Below the pieces are notes generated by a model, which was given only the letters and a program-made list of their open reading frames with translations, had not been told where the DNA came from and made no database searches. From Fistulifera solaris (Eukaryota), in contig AP026127.1 of NCBI GenBank assembly GCA_030295235.1, positions 496,001 through 560,000 on the forward strand: a DNA stretch of 64,000 bases. The letters run 5' to 3'. Position numbers and translations under genes: made by a program. Shown here in pieces: positions 12,376 through 24,750 of this stretch. Position 1 is the stretch's first letter. Each line of letters begins with the position of its first letter.

Positions 12376-13159
12376 ATGTCACAAATTATCATGAGACGAT
12401 GGGTCACGAGCGTCGCTGCATTGGCACCCGCACTCGTCGTCCGCGCCGAGTCGTCATCGCCGTTCCTTTCCACGGCGGCGTTCTTCAGCAGTCTCCGCGG
12501 CGGAGGAAACACGACAGCGTACGAAACATTGTCGGCACCCGCCCCGGAAAGTCCGTTTCATTTGGCCTTTCCGGTCCACGATTTGCAACTAGCGAAAGAA
12601 TTCTATGGCGGCATATTGGGTTGTCAGGAAGGACGGAGCAGTGAGAAATGGCAAGATTATTCGTTGCATGGGCACCAGATTGTGGCACATTGGGTCGGAA
12701 ATGACTATCGGTGTCCCGATTTTTACAATCCGGTCGATGGAGATGAAGTGCCGGTGCCACATTATGGACTGGCACTGACGGTAGAGCAATTTCATGCCTT
12801 GGCGGAACGCGTGCGGAACGCGGGCATTGAATTCATTATTGAACCTCATTTGCGCTTCAAAGGTATGCCGGGGGAACAGGTAAGAGCATGTTGGTGCAGT
12901 GTGTTGATCAATTGTTATTAATCTCATGATTCTGAATGCTTGCATCGTGTCCACGCAGTACACCATGTTTTTCAAGGTAAGTGATGATTATGGATGACGG
13001 CGAAGGGATATTGATTTTGTTTTTTTGCCTTCCTAACCCCCCAAACAACTTTGCTCTCCATATATTTTGTTCGTGTAGGATCCATCGGGCAATAATCTCG
13101 AATTCAAAGCCATGACGCATCCAGACAATTTGTTCGCTAAATACAACGTAGTGGATTAA
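12376..13159 (+). CDS. VOC/glyoxalase-bleomycin resistance family protein with N-terminal presequence; 3 exons
   Basis: PFHLAFPVHDL..AKEFYG..LGC.EGRS, GHQIVAH, VDG.VPVPH.G. Introns 12880-12958 and 12977-13078 restore GEQ-YTMFFK-DPSGNNLEFK; stop at 13157-13159. Confidence 0.88.
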
Positions 13160-13299
13160 ATCTATGTAGAGCGATAGTGATTATCGTAGCTATGAGAAAG
13201 TAATGGTTGCTTTTGATCCTCATCGGCTTGTGCATGTACCTCCTGCTCATCGAGCGAAACATTCAATCCGTACGCGGTTAGTTCGGAGCATAGTTCTCA

Positions 13300-13772
13300 T
13301 TATTTATCTCCAAACTCCGCCCAGCATTCGGTTTCTTTCGGACCACCACCATTCAACACATTTTCGAAGCCGTTCTTTTCTAAAAATTCCTTGGCGAGCT
13401 GACCACGACCTCCGCCGCCACAATGCGTAATAATGGGAGTTTCCTTCGGAACCGATGGAAGTGGCATTTGGTTCGTGGTGCGATCCCAAATCAAATTGAC
13501 GGCTTTGGGTCGGTACGACTCGGAAGGCAGTTGGGCTACCGCAAAGCTTTTGAGGTCGCCCGGTTCGACGGTGGCATCCGGATTCCGAACATCCACCACC
13601 AACAGTCGGTCGCCGGCTTTTTCGACAAAGGCTTTCAATTCTTCGGGGGTGATACGCCCGCTTTGGCCATCATGCAACGAACCGTACGAGCGGTTGAATG
13701 CGAGACACCTCGAAAGGCTTGTGAGAATCGAAGCATAATAGCAAGGAAGCAAGTGATGAAGAAAGTCTTCAT
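13300..13772 (-). CDS. Rhodanese-domain protein, likely plastid-targeted
   Basis: LVVDVR and active-site loop HCGGGGR, then LEKNGFENVLNGGG. ATG 13772 gives signal peptide MKTFFITCFLAIMLRFSQAF. One frameshift in the G run at ~13645. Confidence 0.8.
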
Positions 13773-14056
13773 TGTATAACAAAAAGGCTTTTAGCAACAA
13801 ACGTCCGAGAGAGATGAATGAGAATGAATGAGGCACGCAAGGACAAACAGACAGGAAGACGAACACGTCACCTCGAAGAATCTACTTGAATCTTGTCCTT
13901 TATTTTTGTCGGCAACGGCAACGATCGTTCATTTCGATGTCGGCTGAAACGATTACAGATAATAAGCATGCAATATTTCGTTTCAGGTTGATGAAAAGTT
14001 TGGAAGTCAAGGCAACTATAAGCTTACGTTGCTTGCTCGCTTGCGACCTGATAAAA

Positions 14057-14186
14057 GGGAGACTTCCGTTAGGTCTCCAACCAGGGTGAACCTCTTCCGA
14101 TAGCTCTCCCGTTAGGAGAGACGTTAACTGACTACATTCAACTTTACAGTAGAGTACGCGCCATTGGATGTGGTACTAATTACTTA
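14057..14186 (+). repeat. Left TIR of MULE
   Basis: Exact reverse complement of 19773-19902. Confidence 0.97.
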
Positions 14187-14289
14187 GAATCTACTTAGGT
14201 TGCTCGATAAAGTAACAAAGCCTTATGAATGACAGTCCCGGATGATTCATGAATCACCCCTCTAAGATAACCAAATCCTCAATAAACAA

Positions 14290-14440
14290 TAGTCAGCGAG
14301 CGCGACCGCTCTTGATAAAGAAAAAGTCAGCGAGCGCGACCGCTCTCAATTGTCAATAAAGAAAAACCAGCCTACGTGACCCTGATGCAGCGGTAGCGAC
14401 CTTCCAATAAAGAAAAACCCAGCCTACGTGACCTTCCACC
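14290..14440. repeat. Subterminal short direct repeats of the MULE
   Basis: AGTCAGCGAGCGCGACCGCTCT x2, ATAAAGAAAAA x3, CCAGCCTACGTGACC x2. Confidence 0.85.
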
Positions 14441-14552
14441 GATCAAGGCTTTCGTCGAAAACTACTTCGTGTAAATAATCAAAACCCAATCTACACAATT
14501 TCAGTTTCAAACTAGACTTGGTTGATTAATATCACACATTACTCTATACGTG

Positions 14553-15200
14553 TCATTCAGCCAATTGAAACATAACATCAAATACAAAAGGTCGGAGATC
14601 ATCTCCGACTCCAATCTCCGAAATAGAGTCAAGGAACCATGTCCTCTCATTGAGGGCACGTCGACCATGTTTCAGAATTGTCGCCGCATAAAAACATACA
14701 TATGGTCCGCAACTATGGCCATCATGTTGCAATAGTTTATTGGGAAGACGCATTTCTTGGTATTCCCACGGAGCCGAAATCGGGTAATGTTGATTCCTGC
14801 TGCTCGCTTGTTGACGCGCATTCTAATTGCTGCCTCACCGCGCGAATTTAAATAAACCTGAAAGCCAGACAGCATTAGAGTAGTGATCGTCCGGATCTTC
14901 GAGGGAGTCGAGCGAATAAATAACTTCGATTATCGGCATCAACCACCATCAACCACCAGTGCCTCTCCTTGCACATAGGGAATAAATGAATGCCCAAATT
15001 GTTCGATTTTGTCATAGAATTCAATGCCACAAACGCTGAACTAAGCTGCAGTCTACCCTCTCTCTTAATATTTTGGTTGGCGGAATCCCACAGATTACTC
15101 ATGACATACGACGGGTGTGCAATAACTCCCTCATCCGTTCACGGTCTTGCTTGTTATGCTTTCAAGGAAACTGTTCACAATCGCGTCATTGAAATAACAT
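14553..15200 (-). CDS. Ulp1/C48-like (SUMO/ubiquitin-like) cysteine protease domain carried by the MULE, fragmented
   Basis: In order on the minus strand: LFPMCKERHWWLMVVD (His), LDSL (Asp) and QHDGHSCGPYVC (oxyanion Gln plus catalytic Cys), spread across frameshifts. Confidence 0.8.
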
Positions 15201-17277
15201 TGCGAGTTCATAATTTCAAGGCATTCACTGGTTATGGATGCCGTGGCACCACTCTAGCACCTTGATATGATGCTTCTTTCCCTCTTCAGGTCGTGACGAC
15301 TCCGCGACCTTTATCAACGCCCTTTGCACTGGATTGCAAAAAGGAGTGACCGAAGAGATCCCCTGGCATCTTCTTTGTTGTAAATCAGATCGTTTCCATT
15401 CTTTCTTGTCCCTACAGTGATAAATGATTCTATTCCACTTCTTTCCTTTTGCTGTCTCTGCAAGAGTATTCAGCGCACGTGGATTGCAATATTGTTCTCA
15501 CTCACAAGTCCTCGCTGGTTTGCGCCCTTGCGTTTTCGGGTTGAAGCCCTTCTTTTCATCGTTAAATCATTTGTTTCCGTTTCCGTGAAATGATTCTGGA
15601 ATATCAAACTCGTGTTCTTGAACCAAACAATTTAATTGCTCAATGGTTCCCACAAATGGATAAGCTGTGTCGTAAAAATAGGATACGATCTTTGATGGTT
15701 CATCAGTAATGACTGGGGGTTGCAAAGGGGCTACTCCAATTTGCCTTACTTGTTGTCGGCGTAATGAAAATTGATTTTCATTTCTGGGATCTACAATCTT
15801 ACGTCTCAGGTCGAAGGGTGTTCTCAAGAATTGTGATGAGGTCCCACTAGTGGCAGTAGCGGGACTTGTTATAGCTCTGAGTTCTTCTGGTTTTCGGAAT
15901 ACCCACTGAAAATGAACTTGAGAGCTTCATTTTGTGCCAAGTTCTTTCTTCGCAGATCTAGCGGCATTTTCAGGAAATGCGACGAATCGTCACTGAGATT
16001 ACCGGATTTGGCGGGACTTGCATTCTTCTTTTGGATGTCTAATCGCCTTTTAAATACATGTGATGAATCGTCACTAGCAGACGTGGCGGGACTTGCATTA
16101 GTGGGTTCTGTCTTCGGTATCTTTATAATCATATCTTCAGGAATCGTGATACTTCGGTTGTTGGACTGTTTGAATGAGATCTTGGCAGTGCTCTCAGATT
16201 ACCCCTCTTCATAGTTGGCATCTCAACTATGGAAGAAACTGCTGTGGCGGGACTTCCTGCTTTTGCTTCTGCAATCGGTGGCGGTTTCAACTTCTTTTTT
16301 ACGGGCATGAGTCGGGCCTTTGGCTCTGGAATTTGCTGTCAGTTTCGATCTTTTCCTTTTTTGTGTTGTATTCTCATTCATTGAAGACTTCGATAGTCAA
16401 GGCATGAGCTCTGATATCAGGTGGTGGCTTCAGATTTTGACTCTTCATGGTCGGCCTCTCAAAGATTGACGAATCAGTTGTGGCGGGACTTGTTCCTTCA
16501 GCTTTTTGATTTGGTGGCTGTTTCGGCCGTTTCCTCTTCTCGTTGCCATTTTGACTAATGAAAAATCTGTTGTTGCTGGACTGGAAGCACAAGCTGTTGT
16601 GGTCGGCGGTGGTTTCAAATTCGGTCTGGATGCGGTCGCTGTCTTCAATATCGATGACTTTGCGGTAGATGGACTTGCCTTCTGCGCTTTTAAATTCGTT
16701 ACTTGTTTGGATCTCCTCTTTGTTCTAGTTGTTGGCATTTCATTTACTGAATATTCTGTTGTTCGCGGGACTTGAGGCAAAAGCATTATGTGCGGTGCTT
16801 GGTTCCACATCTTCATCCTCTAGAATTGTCGACAGATGACCCGAGTGTGCACTGTTCAGACGGGAATCGTCATGGATGCCTACCTCGACATCATCAACCA
16901 TGGTCAATTCTTGTTCGTGACTTCTTCTTTCCGTGTAATCCTTGTCACGAATAATTACTACAATATCTCGGTTACTACCTGACGGAGCAAGGTCCATATC
17001 CAGAAGATAGTTATTTTCGTTGTCGTCTTCAGCGTGAATTTCTGCAGCGTCTTCTCCAGTAAGCTTTAAAATCCGTGACTGGACAATGGCATTGGCTGCA
17101 TCAGAGTCTTCTACTAAGCCAATCTTGTCAATATTGTGAAGGCCATGTCCTCCGGAGGTATCATCGTTGTCCAAATCTTCAGAAGTAATTCCTGCATCCA
17201 TGTCAATGACGCATGTTGGGAAATGGTTGACCAGAATTGCGCCAGTTTCAAGTAATGCAGGATCCATGTACCTTCGA

Positions 17278-19602
17278 TCATCTTTGAGGTAGTCCAGACA
17301 CTGTCGAATTGTGTGATTCGGTGATCTGCAGTGAAAGCAGTGCCGAGGTAAGGGCTTGCCGTCTCGTTCGTCCAAGAGTTGATTCTAGCTGTTGCATGTG
17401 TTCCGCCTTTGGTTTGGTCCCAAAATCAAACAGACCATCGGCGGCAATCGCTTCTGCTATTGCATCGTTATTTCGACTGAGCTTGTTCTTTGAACTTGGC
17501 TCATACTCCTTTGTCATTCGTGCTGATTCCAGCGCCGATTGCTTCTTTTTCTTTGACTTACGTGGTCCCGGTTCACCATTACTGATTATTCTGTTCCCCG
17601 AGTTAAGCTTGTCAGTGTAAGTTGGTGATGGATAAATGTTTTCTGATTGATAAGCAAGCTTGATATCCCCAAATCCCGGGACGTCAAGTCAGCGGATAGT
17701 TGTTAAGAAACTCTGTAAGGAAGCTGACGATCACCACTTGTCGGAACTTTTCCAAACTCTTCGTAGAATTGCGAAAACACAGAGGGTGGGATTGAGGGCC
17801 AAGTTGAGGATCTTGTACGTGAAACAAGGTTGATGTGGCCGCAGTAGATTTCCCGCATCGCTGTTCTACTGCAGGAGCAGTACAGGGACGGAGTGCTCGT
17901 GGGTTCATAAGTAACATACTCCGTCTTCTTGTGCTTTTCAGCGTACAATTTGAATTTCAAACTGCCATCGGGCATCCTTCAGCATCCTCTATTACAAAAT
18001 CTAGATCTTCATTGCCTGTATCTTGCAAGCTTCGAAAGTATATGGTGAGGAACCTAGCAGATTTGGTTGTTATTTCATCTCGAAATTGTCGAAGAGATTC
18101 GGCAGCCGCCATCAAAAAGTTAGAAATGGCTAGTGGAGGGTATTAGTCCTCACTTCATGATGTAGAAGCCACTGCTGGGCCGATTCGACATGATTTGTTG
18201 AACAGAAACCATATAAAGGGAACTTGTTTCCAACTGGCACGTGATCGTTGAGCAACCACCTCCATTCGTCGACGTCTCCACTTATCTCTGTGAAGCCATT
18301 CACTTCAGCTAGATAGGTAAAATATAGGGGCTCCCACATAGATTCATGTTGACTCGGTGTATTTCCAAACACAGTCCAATGAGTAGGATGAATTGTCCCA
18401 AGAACATAGATAACAATTCGCGCACCGGTACTAAGAGTTTCGTTTTCTTCAATTTGTGGAAGCGCTTTGACAAGCTTCTTCGCAGCATCCAAGAAGGCGT
18501 TAACATCTGGAGGCGCTTTGCATCTCGCGCATAAACCAAGCGACCGCTCTGCCCTCTCAGCGATCGTTGATTGATATTGAATAGATGGTAAATGTTTGAA
18601 GAATATGAATCAAGCAATACTTCACGGAAACAACCAGTCCATAATGTTCTGCCAACGCTCGGACAGCGTGAGAATGTGTCCTCGGTCAGTGAATACTGGA
18701 AACTCTTCGAAATTGAACCCAGCTTGATACATCATGAGAAGGATATATATCATCCCTTGCTTGTTTTCCGAGGGAATCAACCCAAAACCAAGTGGAATGT
18801 TACTTCCATTTCCATCGACCCCTATGATCGGGACTCCAATTCCATCGTGTTCGGGTATACGGATGTGTGTTCCGTCTAAAAGATTGCAGGAATGCAGGCA
18901 TTTCTAAAGAAGTGCGCGGCATTCTCAATGAACACAGTTGACCGAAAAAAGCATGAGTTCTGGTCAGTTTCTAAATTGACGGAGGCATTTGGATTTAGCT
19001 CGACATATTTCCGAAGATACTGGGCCAACAGCTCATTGTACATCAACAAATCCTTTCGGTAGACCTCACGGAAGTGTTTCTTGAGATTTGAATGCATTGT
19101 CGGGCCAACTTCGATGTCGAAACCCTCTTTCCTGAGGACGGCGTTGAGATTCTTGCGAGTAGCATGACTGTCGAAGTTTGGTGCCTGGAAGCATGTTTTG
19201 AAGAAGTCTTGAACAGCAGGAATGTTCTGCACTATCATTGATTTTCTGCGGCAGTCCTTTGGGAGGTCGTTTGTTGGAGTGCAAAACAAACTGTGCCTGA
19301 AGTTAGTACTAGGATGGTCGTAGCAATCGAAGTTCGCCGTTTTCTTCCTTGAACTTAAGTGAGAACGTTTTGCAGCAAGTGCACACGTAGCAAGGGCTTT
19401 CTCCGTGCTTGCTGACATCTCGTAAGAGCTTTCGATCGTACACAAAAGCGATGCTGCGGAGAAGCTCCTCGTGATCATCCTCAGGGATCGGTTTGTCATA
19501 GAGAAACTTTTCAAAATCATACGGACCGGTTGGAGGAAGTGCCCCATATTTTTGCATAATCGTGACGAATGATCGTCGCTCCTTCGTTTCAATGATCGAC
19601 AT
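17278..19602 (-). CDS. MULE DDE transposase with N-terminal Zn-finger-like region, SWIM finger and CCHC knuckle (frameshifted; may continue into the Ulp1 domain)
   Basis: YVCTCC...HSLFC; DGTH (~18870); GVDGNG..IPLGFG...SEN; FTDRG; YCLIH; TNHVES; CSCS....IYCGH (SWIM); CFHCRSPNHTIRQC. Confidence 0.88.
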
Positions 19603-19772
19603 GTTAATGTTGTAAAAGAGCAACAGTAGGAACGGAAGGGCAACTATGACAATAAGGAATGCAGCGTTCTGATCATCTTGTCGGCAGTCGGAACGGAACA
19701 AACGCACAACGCGAACGATTGTGCGGTTATTGTGCGTGACCTAAGTAGAACTAATGATGGATGGAAGGCCTT

Positions 19773-19902
19773 TAAGTAATTAGTACCACATCCAATGGCG
19801 CGTACTCTACTGTAAAGTTGAATGTAGTCAGTTAACGTCTCTCCTAACGGGAGAGCTATCGGAAGAGGTTCACCCTGGTTGGAGACCTAACGGAAGTCTC
19901 CC
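19773..19902 (-). repeat. Right TIR of MULE
   Basis: Exact reverse complement of 14057-14186. Confidence 0.97.
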
Positions 19903-20456
19903 CCTGATAAAATGCAATTAATTTATGCACCCAAAAATCTACTATAGTCTTAAAGTGTTGTCCGTTTTCACCACGACTGATTCTCAGTCATGAGGAGTCG
20001 AGGACGATGTTTGTGCGACAGATCATGCGGGGTATCGTCAATGCTCAACCTTTTTCCATAAAAAGAATCATTACAGGTCAAGTAAGTAATAATCAAGTGA
20101 CAAATTATAAACAAGATACGCCAGGTTCAGATTGTTTAGGAACCGACCGTCGAAAGTGTTTGGCGATGTCGCCATGACTGGATTGCAGTCACGAGGCAAC
20201 TAGGAATAATAATAACTGTAGAGGTTCACCATCGGCCGTCAGCTGCTGTACCGGTATTCTAAACACATTAAAAATCTGTAATGGTAATTTCAAAGCCAGT
20301 CTAAATAGAAATCGCTTCTTTTCATAATAGCCTTATTTGATTAGGTCAATTATAGCTAACATGATACCATGCGAATCCGCCGCTATCGGTAATTAAGTCT
20401 CCAAATGAGACTGCCTAGAGTCGATACTTAACTTAAGGCTTCGTTGTAATGTGGTC

Positions 20457-21480
20457 TTAATCTTCCTTTAACTCTTTCTCCTCTCTGCTATCATCAATCA
20501 GTTCAGCATATTTACTTGCGACAAATTCGTTCCACATTTTGGCCTGATTCTTTTCCGAGAAGACACTAATCCCCAAATCTCGGAGAAGTTGATCGACAAT
20601 GGCAAGGAAAAGTCTTACCATGACGAAAAACATGTTGCAGTAAAGGAACCAAAACACTCGATAGTTTGGCCCTGTTAAATGAATTGCTTCCGCCATTTGT
20701 GTATTGTGAAAAAAGACGGTAAGGCCAAAGTTGGCACCCGACATGAGCGCAATCGGAGTACAGATAGTTGCATAGAGTATCAAATAAACGGCAATGGATA
20801 CCATGTGCCACTTGACAAAGTATTTGATTTCAGAATAACGTTCGGTTTTTTTTGTGGGACGGAGGAGGCAAAACGCAAACGTTCCCCACCGCAAGATCGT
20901 GCACGGGCATGTACAGTAATAGTAGATGATGCCACAGCGACCATGTAAACTTCCCGTTGAATGCCTCATTGATTTCTCCATCTGGTTGAAAGATGAAGAG
21001 CGCCGCCAAGCTCGAAAAGCAGAGCATCGTGTGTCGCAAAGCATCGGCCATACTATCTGTCATCGGAACGTAATGAATAATCATTCGCAGCATCCAGCCC
21101 GTGTGGCACGGTGTCAATAGCCAACCACGTTCGGGCATACCCCAAAACCAGCTATAGTACGACATGTGATAAATTCCAGCGGCGACAAAGGGTAACGCCA
21201 ACGGATGACGGCGAAATTCTTGGCTCTTATTGTGGTTTCGGTACGTGACATAGAACGTCCCCAATGCTATCAAAGTACCCACAATCCATTCACACAAATG
21301 GCGACTCGCGCCGACGGGGTCCCATGTCGCCACCCCGTTGGGCTCGAGCCAACGGGGTATTTCCAAACAAGGCACTTCATCGCTGTAGGCGGTCTTCAAA
21401 TAACATATTTCGGTAAAATCGTCGATCGGATAATCGACTAATCGCTGGAAGCGCGAAATGATCCAGAACAAGCCGAACAT
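20457..21480 (-). CDS. Multi-pass membrane protein, TMEM164-like (paralog 1)
   Basis: WLLTPCH, WSLWHHLLLLYMP, TPIALMSGAN, LTGPNYR. Clearly homologous to the adjacent gene. Frameshift in the T run at ~20845. Confidence 0.6.
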
Positions 21481-21888
21481 GGCGTTTTGTAAAAGTAAGA
21501 AAACAACGAAGTAGATAATGGGAGGTCAATACTGGCATCGCTGCACCTCGACTTCTTTTCAAATTTCAACGCGTTGGACATTTTCATCGGAATGTCTGAC
21601 GCCCGACACGTGACACAAACCATTCGTGAAAAAATCACAAGAGCCTATACTACGTATAATAACCATACTACCCCACTTTCCTTTCGAAGGTCGAAGATGG
21701 AAGTTTTTACGTGCTGATGGAACAATATTTATTCATCTTCTTCGCATTAGGTAATAACAACATTTTTGTGATTTGAAACTCGCAAATCCGACTGCTAAAA
21801 TGATGCTACTAAAGCATTGGATTAAGTTCTAGAAGCGAACAATAAGCTACTTATTCTCGAAATGTTATTTCGTCTCGATATATCTCAT

Positions 21889-23022
21889 TCACTGGGCATT
21901 GGCGTCGTCCCCTTTCTTGTTAGCCGTTCCATTCACCTCGGCTTTCGCATTCTTTTGCAATTGCAGCTGCAAGCGGAGCATATTGGATCGCGAAAATCGA
22001 CTCAAGCCGCTTTCTCTTAGGCAGTAATCCAAAATCAACCACATGACTCGGAATACGACGAACAGAAAGTTGCAATAACCGAACCAAACGGGGCGATACA
22101 TGGGTCCGGTCAAGCCTAGATTAATTGCCAAGGGTGTGGCATGGAAGTGAAGCGTCCAGCCCTGCAATGAAGAAAGTGTGAGCAATGGAGGGGCGATGCT
22201 TGCTGTGAGTGACACGCTAAATGCGACACAAATTCATTCAAATACAGTTAAAGACGTACCCAATTGACTCCCGACAGCAACGAAATCGGAGTAAAGAGTG
22301 TTCCGGTGAGCAGCAAATACACCGATATGGATATGAGATGCCACTTGAGGAAATATTTCAATTTGGAAGGTTGTTTCTTGGTTCCGAACGCCGGTGGCGG
22401 TAAAACGGAGACACGGCCCGTCATGACATCGTACACGGGGATGGTAATGAGCAAAGCGTGATGAATCAACGACCACGAAAACATCCCGTAACTAACCGCA
22501 TCCGTAACTTCCCCATCGGGTTGAAATATGAATAAGGCCGCTAGACTCGAGAAACACAACAAACTGTGACGCAAAATGTCGGCGACGGGTTCACTGAGGG
22601 GCACAAAATGCATCGTCAATCGAATCAACCAACCCATATGACACGGAGTCGTAGACCATCCTCGTTCCGGAAGCGGGATATAGAATTTGTAATGATACAG
22701 ATGATACAAACCGGCCACAAGGTACACGAGAGGCAAGGGGTGTCGACGGAGACCTTTCTTGGCGGAGGTGTGGCGACTCATGATAAGTGCCATGATGATC
22801 AATGAGCCAACAGTACACACCATCCATTCTAAAAGATGACGCTCTTTTCCGGTAGGACTCCACGTCGCCACCTGCAAAGGATGTAACCAGGCAGGGAGTT
22901 CATCGCATTTGACACCTTCCCAATCCTCGGTCGGCAGGTAGCAATATTCCGTCTCCAAGTCGATGGGATTTTTCTCGCAGTCGCTGAAAGCGATTTTTGA
23001 GCTGGTAGTGGATCCAAGACAT
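21889..23022 (-). CDS. Multi-pass membrane protein, TMEM164-like (paralog 2)
   Basis: WSTTPCH, LRHSLLCFSSLAALFIFQPDGE, WSLIHHALLITIP, TPISLLSGVNW, LTGPMYR. Intron at ~22162-22259. Confidence 0.6.
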
Positions 23023-23498
23023 TCTGAATGTCTTATATAACAATGTAACGATCAAAGGCACTAGAGTGTACGTTATTGTTATCAATTGCAGGCTTGATGA
23101 TGTGGGTGATGTGATCTTCGTCGCAAAAGTGCACGAAGGTGGAATGCGAGCATCGAGCATTCTCGCAAAAATTCTTCCGATAGCACTGTACCGAAAACAG
23201 TAGCTGAGTATCCAACCTGCGATCCGTTGATTATGTTGGTTCCGTTAAAATTTTCTGAACGGAAACCAAAGTGGCACTCATTCATCGCCAAACAAATGCC
23301 GTCTGTCCTTCGATGGCGTACCTCTGACGTCAAACGAAACATTCCGCCGAAACGAGGAAGAAGCAACACAACAATCAACGTTCGCCACTCGTTGGGTGAC
23401 AAAAGAAAGAGCATACTGTGGGTCTGAAATTAGAAGTCTTCCTTGAAACGTTTTCCATCATTACCATTCGTACTTTCACGCTTCTCACTTTACTCACC

Positions 23499-24662
23499 AT
23501 GTCGAACGGATCGGGAATTGCCGCCAAATTGGCCCGTCCCAACATTCTCGAGTTGCAGCCGTATCGTTGTGCGAGAGACGATTATTCGGAAGGCATCTTG
23601 TTGGATGCCAATGAAAACGCTTGGGGACCTCCGATTGATGCTCAAGAAATTCTCGAACGATATCCAGATCCGTATCAGATTCCGCTCAAGGAAAAGATGG
23701 CCGCTTTTCGTGGTGAAGGAGTCAAACCCGAGAATATCTTCGTTGGCGTCGGGTCGGATGAAGCCATCGATCTTCTATTTCGCATCTTTTGTGTTCCTGG
23801 AAAGATAAAGTGATCACGACTCCTCCGACCTATGGTATGTACAAAGTATGTGCCAAGGTGAACGACGTGGAAATTGTCAATGTTCCTTTGACACCGGACT
23901 TTGATATCGTTGTCCCGGATGTAAGTCACATTTGATGTTTGTTGTCGTCCAGAGTCGACTTGCATCGGCTCTCATCATTCATCACAGATCATTGCAGCAA
24001 TTACTCCCAGTGTCAAGATGATTTTCCTTTGCAGTCCAGGAAACCCCACGGCCAAGTCTTTGCCCCTCGAGGACTTGGAAGCGGTCGCCCAACAAGCACC
24101 CAACGTCCTCATCATTGTGGATGAAGCTTACGTGGATTTCTCCCAATCATCCGCCATTTGTCTCCTCCGCAAACACCCCAATGTCTGTGTCTTGCAAACA
24201 CTCAGCAAAGCCTTTGGTATGGCGGCCATTCGCTGTGGGTTTTGCTTTGGAGCACCCGATGTCATTCAATTGCTCAACAATGTGAAAGCGCCGTACAATA
24301 TCAATCAGCTCACGAGTAAAGCAGCGTTACAAGCGTTGGAAGAAGACAGTTTGAAGAAATTGCAAAGCAACATTCGGGGAGTTTTGGCGGAACGAGCGGT
24401 GGTGGCGGCCGCCTTGGAACAGTTGGAGTTTGTCGTCAAAGTGTATCCCTCCGATGCGAACTTTTTGCTATTTCGGGTGCAACAGTCGGCAAAGGCCGTG
24501 TATCAGTACATGGCCGACCATTGTGGTGTCGTCAGTCGATATCGTGGTACCGAGTTGCATTGCGAGGAATGTATTCGGGTAACGATAGGAACACCGGACG
24601 ACAATAAGGCGTTTCTGGACGCGTTGCAGAAAGCCTATCAAATAGTGACGCAGCAGCAATAA
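23499..24662 (+). CDS. hisC: Histidinol-phosphate aminotransferase
   Basis: RPNI..LQPYRCARDD, LLDANEN, RYPDP, GVGSDEAID, PPTYGMY, CSPGNPT, VDEAY.DF, TLSKAFG.A.IR.G. Intron ~23920-23987; frameshift near 23800. Confidence 0.93.
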
Positions 24663-24750
24663 AATGAAAATATGACGGCTAAATACTTATTGAAGTTATC
24701 AATCTTTCTATAAGCTTTCTACAAGAATGAAGATTGGTGCGATTGAAGTC

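Larger units (their letters stand above)
14057..19902 (-). mobile_element. Complete Mutator-like (MULE) DNA transposon, 5846 bp
   Basis: Identical 130-bp TIRs (14057-14186 and 19773-19902, starting GGGAGACTTCCG). 10-bp TSD CCTGATAAAA (14047-14056 and 19903-19912). Internal MULE transposase motifs. Confidence 0.95.

Noticed and set aside
14057..19902. LTR retrotransposon (suggested by the CCHC knuckle)
   Set aside because: The terminal repeats are inverted, the TSD is 10 bp, there are no RT/RNase H/integrase motifs, and MULE DDE motifs are present.
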